Source: Anaerohalosphaeraceae bacterium
Lineage (GTDB): Bacteria > Planctomycetota > Phycisphaerae > Sedimentisphaerales > Anaerohalosphaeraceae
NCBI GenBank assembly: GCA_963675525.2
Contig: CAXXSL010000006.1
Span: 1-10,955 of the forward strand
DNA length: 10,955 nucleotides
Direction: 5' to 3'
Notes under the pieces: generated by a model
Told to the model about the DNA's origin: nothing
Databases searched by the model: none
What the model saw: the letters and a program-made list of their open reading frames with translations, nothing else
Shown: in pieces, positions 7,501 to 10,955 of the stretch
Numbering within the stretch: position 1 is the stretch's first letter
How the letters are laid out: each line of letters opens with the position of its first letter
Made by a program: the position numbers and the translations under genes

Positions 7501-7839
7501 CAATAATTTCCACGGATCGAAGCGGATTTCAACTTCATTCGATTTGAGAATAGGGATGTCGGCAGCTAACGCGTTTCTGTCTGGGGCGATAACCACGCCT
7601 TTCAGTCGGACACCTCCGAAGCCCTTAAGGCGTCCGGATTGGATATAAACCTCGCCCCCGCAAAACTCACTGATCCTGGCCCGGGCGATGGGTGCGACAA
7701 AAAACAGCCCCCCTGCCCACAAAACAACCAACCCGAGAATCAGCCAGAGAAGATGTCTTTTGATAAACAAAAAAAACCTCCGATATAAACGCCTGACACG
7801 AAGGTTCTTTTTTTTAGTTTCACGGTTCTGTTCGAACAT
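4564..7839 (-). CDS. AsmA-like (YhdP/TamB-related) inner-membrane-anchored periplasmic protein, probable bridge-like lipid transfer protein
   Basis: Basic N-terminus followed by one TM helix (LLWLILGLVVLWAGGLFFV). AsmA-type N-terminal pattern (VEIRFDPWKLLRGKFEVSSILL...QWNF), long amphipathic beta-strand repeats, and an AsmA_2-like C-terminus (FSEVDFKALIRGSKLIFDDVRMAG...FRGTGELDW...KVQIRGDLNSPQV). Confidence 0.8.
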   Translation of the reverse strand: MFEQNRETKKKNLRVRRLYRRFFLFIKRHLLWLILGLVVLWAGGLFFVAPIARARISEFCGGEVYIQSGRLKGFGGVRLKGVVIAPDRNALAADIPILKSNEVEIRFDPWKLLRGKFEVSSILLKDFLVNADYDVQADQWNFQRLSFRGSSDADMKVPLVDVRGGALRVRRKKDGQSPEIITQVSLNGQTTVQSDIHEYHFSFATDGRFGFGGSTLQGRLKMGGPGQKNLFFAEGKIQMPQTTVFDNAWNLNDVQLQFEFDEREIVLNRCRFSMGQGQADLRGTISEDMRGHRELNVDLNIERLRLSDHYEKNAVVYSEPVLERLDPGFKKFLTQYHPTGIGDIKLLIKGNLDDLSTTELNGVIFCRDVSVYDNKFPYLLEHLQGPIEFSGRNLKLDQLAARHGEVELLIDGSIKNIGSKAEIDLRTTSSNMQFDPDLYKALNEKLKRVWYSFSPQGTTGIDYHFQRHSDGTKAMSLKLDLIDAGLIYERFPYPLEHLTGMVIMETDRVELKELVAHYDDMRKVTLNGQVLEIGSEKPRYRIFVNAKQIPVDELLVYAMPRSQRAFFERLTLSAVADVDVEVFPNVVGKRPVDYIAKVLLDGDYLLYKGFPLAMEQVHLKADITQDDVLLREFEAHTGGGHVRMSGKLSPNVIDPLRPGVCLDINLAQFDLNEAFWNAAGQDAKDILGKLQVRGRTDIQGKLALNITTELCPSTDLVIRCFQNPFVWDADKIGIADGTLHVKADTVLFDGFSLNGILLESLPEELLKGGLQTIYRGIEPRGVIDLDLDKGAARMGPGGLERMDVTGSITCKDVAGGHTGVVTDIDGVIQGTLKVDRDKNIWQTTADYKLDRFKYRDWLISDLDGKLVYDPNTTLLHSREFAGYLYGGKIAGSLEIELSNEKQTPYRLGLSIDAVEVGRLLAGERTDEPDHVTQGLAYGALNVEGILQSTHEANGNISSHVINMKLGQQSVLGKILTAMQFKRADDFVFSEVDFKALIRGSKLIFDDVRMAGKPLVFRGTGELDWERKQIQMDLVAFDRLMGKEDTILDLLTRGIGSAIWKVQIRGDLNSPQVDAVYLSVLKQPLDIFKKKN

Positions 7840-7889
7840 CTTAAAGCAATCATAACTTATTCTGTTAAGCCGTGTTTAAATGCTGCATC

Positions 7890-9158
7890 CTATGACAAGG
7901 CTTTGTCCGCGATGTCTTTACGACAGTAAGCGCCGTCAAAGCTGATCAAATCAACGGCTTCATAGGCCCTGGCCTTTGCGGCGGCAATATTTTCACCAAC
8001 GGCCGTGACGCCCAAAACGCGTCCGCCCTGTGTAACAATGTTGCCGTCCTGCATTGCCGTTCCGGCCTGAAAGACAACGACGTCTTTGAGTTTGGCCGCT
8101 TCGTCCAACCCGCCTATAACCTTGCCCTTTTCATAGGTACCGGGATAGCCGCCCGACGACATCACAACGCACACCGCCGGACGCGGGTCCCATTCGATCG
8201 ACACCTCATCCAGTCGACCGTCACTGACCGCCAGCATCACTTCCAGAAGGTCGCTTTTCATCCGCATCAGGATCGGTTGCGTTTCCGGATCGCCAAATCG
8301 AACATTGAACTCCAGCACACGCGGCCCGCCCTGTGTGATCATCACCCCCGCATACAAAATGCCTCTATACGGCGAATCGTTGCGATTCATCCCGTCCACC
8401 GTCGGCACGAGAATCTCCTTTACGATCTGCTCCATCAACGCCTCGGTCACAACCGGTGCCGGACTGTAGGCCCCCATGCCGCCGGTATTCGGGCCGGTAT
8501 CTCCATCGCCGATGGGCTTATGGTCCTGCGAGCTTTCCATAACGTAAATGCTCCGGCCGTCCACAAACGCCAGAATCGATGCTTCCTGCCCCAGCAATTT
8601 GTCTTCAACGATCACGATGTCACCCGCATCGCCAAAAATCTTATTGACCATGATCTGTTCGGCGGCCAGAATGCCATCCGAAGGCTCATCGCAAACAAAA
8701 ACCCCCTTGCCTTTGGCCAGTCCGGCTGCCTTAACAACCACCGCCTCATCCCGGCTGGCAATATACGACTTGGCATCGACAAACGATGTAAAGGTCCGGC
8801 TTTCCGCCGTCGGGATGCTGTTAGCCCGCATAATCTGCTTGGCAAACGCCTTGTCGCCTTCAAGCTGTGCGGCTTTGGCGCTGGGGCCAAATGCCTTAAT
8901 GCCGGCGGCCTCAAACGCATCCACTGCGCCCATTACCAACGGGTCTTCCGGTCCGATAATCGCAAAACCGACATCGGCACCTTTGGCGAACGTCACCAAA
9001 GCCTCAATATCGGTATCTTTGATGTCTACATTCTCGCCGTATTGAGCCGTTCCGGGATTGCCGGGGGCAATATACAGCTTTTTCAGCTTTTTCGATTGGG
9101 ATAATTTCCACGCTAACGCATGTTCACGCCCGCCGCTGCCAACCAATAATACATTCAT
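7890..9158 (-). CDS. purD: Phosphoribosylamine--glycine ligase (GAR synthetase)
   Basis: Motifs VLLVGSGGREHALAW, APGNPG, GPEDPL, FGPSAKAAQLEG, VVKAAGLAKGKGV, GPNTGGMGAYSP, EFNVRFGDPETQ and GGRVL. AAGGA lies upstream of the ATG. Confidence 0.99.
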   Translation of the reverse strand: MNVLLVGSGGREHALAWKLSQSKKLKKLYIAPGNPGTAQYGENVDIKDTDIEALVTFAKGADVGFAIIGPEDPLVMGAVDAFEAAGIKAFGPSAKAAQLEGDKAFAKQIMRANSIPTAESRTFTSFVDAKSYIASRDEAVVVKAAGLAKGKGVFVCDEPSDGILAAEQIMVNKIFGDAGDIVIVEDKLLGQEASILAFVDGRSIYVMESSQDHKPIGDGDTGPNTGGMGAYSPAPVVTEALMEQIVKEILVPTVDGMNRNDSPYRGILYAGVMITQGGPRVLEFNVRFGDPETQPILMRMKSDLLEVMLAVSDGRLDEVSIEWDPRPAVCVVMSSGGYPGTYEKGKVIGGLDEAAKLKDVVVFQAGTAMQDGNIVTQGGRVLGVTAVGENIAAAKARAYEAVDLISFDGAYCRKDIADKALS

Positions 9159-9429
9159 AACAATCCTTTTCCCGATTTACAGTGTGTCTTGTCTATAATT
9201 TAATGCCGAAGCAATTTTCAGTCTTATTTTACATTTTCCGCCACGCAATGCCATAAAAAAGGAAAAACAATGATTCAAAAATACACCCTCATAATTATCC
9301 GCAAAATAAATAGAAAATTAGACCTTCTTGGTCAAAAACTGAACAGGGTTGGATAAGAGAAAGTCAGGACGAAATTAATTCCGCCAAAAAAATGGATTAT
9401 GAACAGACATAAATATGACTTAATAGAAT

Positions 9430-10272
9430 TTAAAATTTAACCTTAAAAATCGGCTTGAAGATAAGCGCAAAGACCATCGATGCAATAAATAAATAAATGA
9501 CCCACCAGTCGGTACCGTTAATTTTCGATACCCTGTCGGGATAGTCGATTTGAATTGATTGAACAGTGGAATCACTATCAAATGGTTTTTCAAGCGGATG
9601 TAAAAACAGGTCGGCAATATGATACCCCGGACGTTTGGTGCTGACACGCATAAAACCCTCACCTGCCGCCATATCTTTTTCGACCGGTTGCCCATCCACC
9701 TGAAAAGTCAATTGATGCTGCCCCTCCTGCAGGGCTTTGATTTTCCAGAAAATTTCCCGTTTTGAAAAAACCCTTATCGGTCCTGTTGTAACCTCAACTG
9801 CATCGGAGGGCTCAAGTGCAACTCGCGGCCAAGAATTGTTTTTCGAATCGCTCAACTGCATCGTCATAACCGCTTCTTCACCCACCTTTAAAGGACGAGC
9901 CTGATACCAAAGACCCAACTGGCCGAGAAGCAGACTGAAGGGTATGATCATGACCGCAGTCGGGCGCAATGAATGAAATAATAAGAGAAAAGCATTGACA
10001 AGAATCCGGACTTGTGACTTTAAGACGACAGGGATAAAGTCCTTAAAGAGTTTCATCGCCAGCAGATGAGCTTTGATCTTGTCTCGCGCGTAACCGATCG
10101 CTTTCTGATTTGAAGTGTGCTTAAAAATAATCAACATAAACACTCCTGCCACTGCAGAAATTGCGGTGATCGATAACCAACCGGGCAGTCCTATGATTAG
10201 ATAGCTTAGAGTTCCACACAGGGTGTTCATACCTGAATTTAACCACACGATAATCTGGGCCACAGCACTCAT
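9430..10272 (-). CDS. 3-TM membrane protein with DUF106/EMC3/TMCO1-like (Oxa1 superfamily) layout and an inserted beta-rich extracytoplasmic domain
   Basis: N-terminal amphipathic helix, TM1 (aa ~32-50), basic helical hairpin (~51-100), LRPTAVMIIP leading into TM2 (~103-123), beta-rich insert (~126-250), and TM3 WWVIYLFIASMVFALIFKPIFKV at the C-terminus. The ATG overlaps the upstream stop (TAATG). The ORF is secure; the family call is an inference. Confidence 0.6.
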   Translation of the reverse strand: MSAVAQIIVWLNSGMNTLCGTLSYLIIGLPGWLSITAISAVAGVFMLIIFKHTSNQKAIGYARDKIKAHLLAMKLFKDFIPVVLKSQVRILVNAFLLLFHSLRPTAVMIIPFSLLLGQLGLWYQARPLKVGEEAVMTMQLSDSKNNSWPRVALEPSDAVEVTTGPIRVFSKREIFWKIKALQEGQHQLTFQVDGQPVEKDMAAGEGFMRVSTKRPGYHIADLFLHPLEKPFDSDSTVQSIQIDYPDRVSKINGTDWWVIYLFIASMVFALIFKPIFKVKF

Positions 10273-10457
10273 TATTCGATATATCCCAATCCGCGAAGTT
10301 GTTCTTCAACCGCCTTGCTGCCTTCAACGGATTCGATCTTTTCCAGTTCCTTCTCGATCATGTATGTGACGAATTCTTCGACACTGCTGTAACCGGCAAT
10401 CTCAGTTACACTTTTGAGCCGGTCGTAAAGGTTTTTGTCGATCTTGATCTTTGCCAC
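10272..10457 (-). CDS. Small ribbon-helix-helix/CopG-like protein with C-terminal LRGLGYIE motif
   Basis: Beta strand (AKIKID), helix (KNLYDRLKSVTEIAG), turn and helix (YSSVEEFVTYMIEKEL), then VEEQLRGLGYIE. In AAGGAG-ACA-GTG-ACA-GTG, the second GTG (10457) sits 9 nt from the SD, against 3 nt for the GTG at 10463, so 10457 is the likelier start. Confidence 0.75.
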   Translation of the reverse strand: MAKIKIDKNLYDRLKSVTEIAGYSSVEEFVTYMIEKELEKIESVEGSKAVEEQLRGLGYIE

Positions 10458-10515
10458 TGTCACTGTCTCCTTTAATTAACGATCCACACCTTCTGTTGTT
10501 AAATTTACACCCGGT

Positions 10516-10955
10516 TTAATAAATATTGACACCCGTCATCGTCGACGGCTTTGTCAATCCAAATTCCGTTAGAATGGTCGGGGCCAGATCGATCAATGCC
10601 GGATCTTTTTTGGTTATCGGTTTGTTTGAGAACAATATACCGGGAACCTCAGTGGAATCACAACAGTGATCTGCACCCCAGGCCGAATCGTTGTCCGAAA
10701 AGACGGTTTTATCCATATCGCCTAAGCATGTCGTCCAGGCGCCGCGATATCCCCGGCGGTAGCCAATGATCAAATCGGGCGCGAGTGCCGTATGGGGGCC
10801 GCTATAAGTTTTGTCTGAACGCCTCGCTTTTTTGATAACAATCTGGCCGTCCACATCGCGGACAGCTTCAAGCTTTTCGACCAGTTCGTCCAGCAACGCA
10901 TCTTTTTCTTCAGGTTTTACAATACCGTATTTTTCACGGCCTTCAAGGTTCAAAT
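10516..10955 (-). CDS. AlkP-superfamily type I phosphodiesterase/nucleotide pyrophosphatase-like protein; C-terminal part only, 5' end outside the window
   Basis: Motifs LNLEGREKYGIV, YSGPHTALAPDLII, WGADH (probable metal-ligand His), GILFSN and LIDLAPTILTEFGL..PSTMTG. The TTG at 10953 is most likely an internal Leu codon, not a start. Confidence 0.85.
   Translation of the reverse strand, partial: LNLEGREKYGIVKPEEKDALLDELVEKLEAVRDVDGQIVIKKARRSDKTYSGPHTALAPDLIIGYRRGYRGAWTTCLGDMDKTVFSDNDSAWGADHCCDSTEVPGILFSNKPITKKDPALIDLAPTILTEFGLTKPSTMTGVNIY

Noticed and set aside
8277..9104. 275-aa and 165-aa ORFs antisense to purD
   Set aside because: Typical antisense shadows of a conserved, codon-biased gene.
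9159..9429. Purine or ZTP riboswitch upstream of purD, and a hammerhead-like CTGA...GGACGAAA near 9339-9374
   Set aside because: The region is AT-rich with no convincing stems. The hammerhead core needs CUGANGA but the sequence reads CTGAACA, and stem II does not form. No well-spaced promoter could be assigned either.
10472..10507. Palindromes TTAATTAA (10472-10479) and TAAATTTA (10500-10507) as RHH operator sites
   Set aside because: 8-bp AT-only palindromes are expected by chance in an AT-rich spacer, and nothing else supports them.

Overview
A bacterial chromosomal window, probably from the PVC superphylum (Planctomycetota/Phycisphaerae-like; inferred from gene content only). Left to right: the 5' end of an Xaa-Pro aminopeptidase gene (minus strand, missing from the ORF track); a divergent intergenic region holding what looks like a stand-alone small RNA of about 140 nt (own promoter, CU-rich anti-Shine-Dalgarno-like loop, intrinsic terminator); a rhomboid protease-TPR fusion; and a secreted double-SH3b protein resembling chlamydial CT017/Ctad1. 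After a bidirectional terminator comes a convergent minus-strand run of purD, a 1091-aa AsmA-like protein and an HI0933-family flavoprotein. The right end holds the 3' part of a minus-strand operon: an AlkP-superfamily phosphodiesterase, a small RHH-like protein ending in LRGLGYIE, and a translationally coupled 3-TM membrane protein. That last protein has the layout of the DUF106/EMC3/TMCO1 branch of Oxa1-superfamily insertases plus an inserted beta-rich domain. This operon and the candidate sRNA are the most interesting items. No CRISPR array, tRNA, rRNA or mobile element was seen. All family calls come from motif recognition, not database searches.
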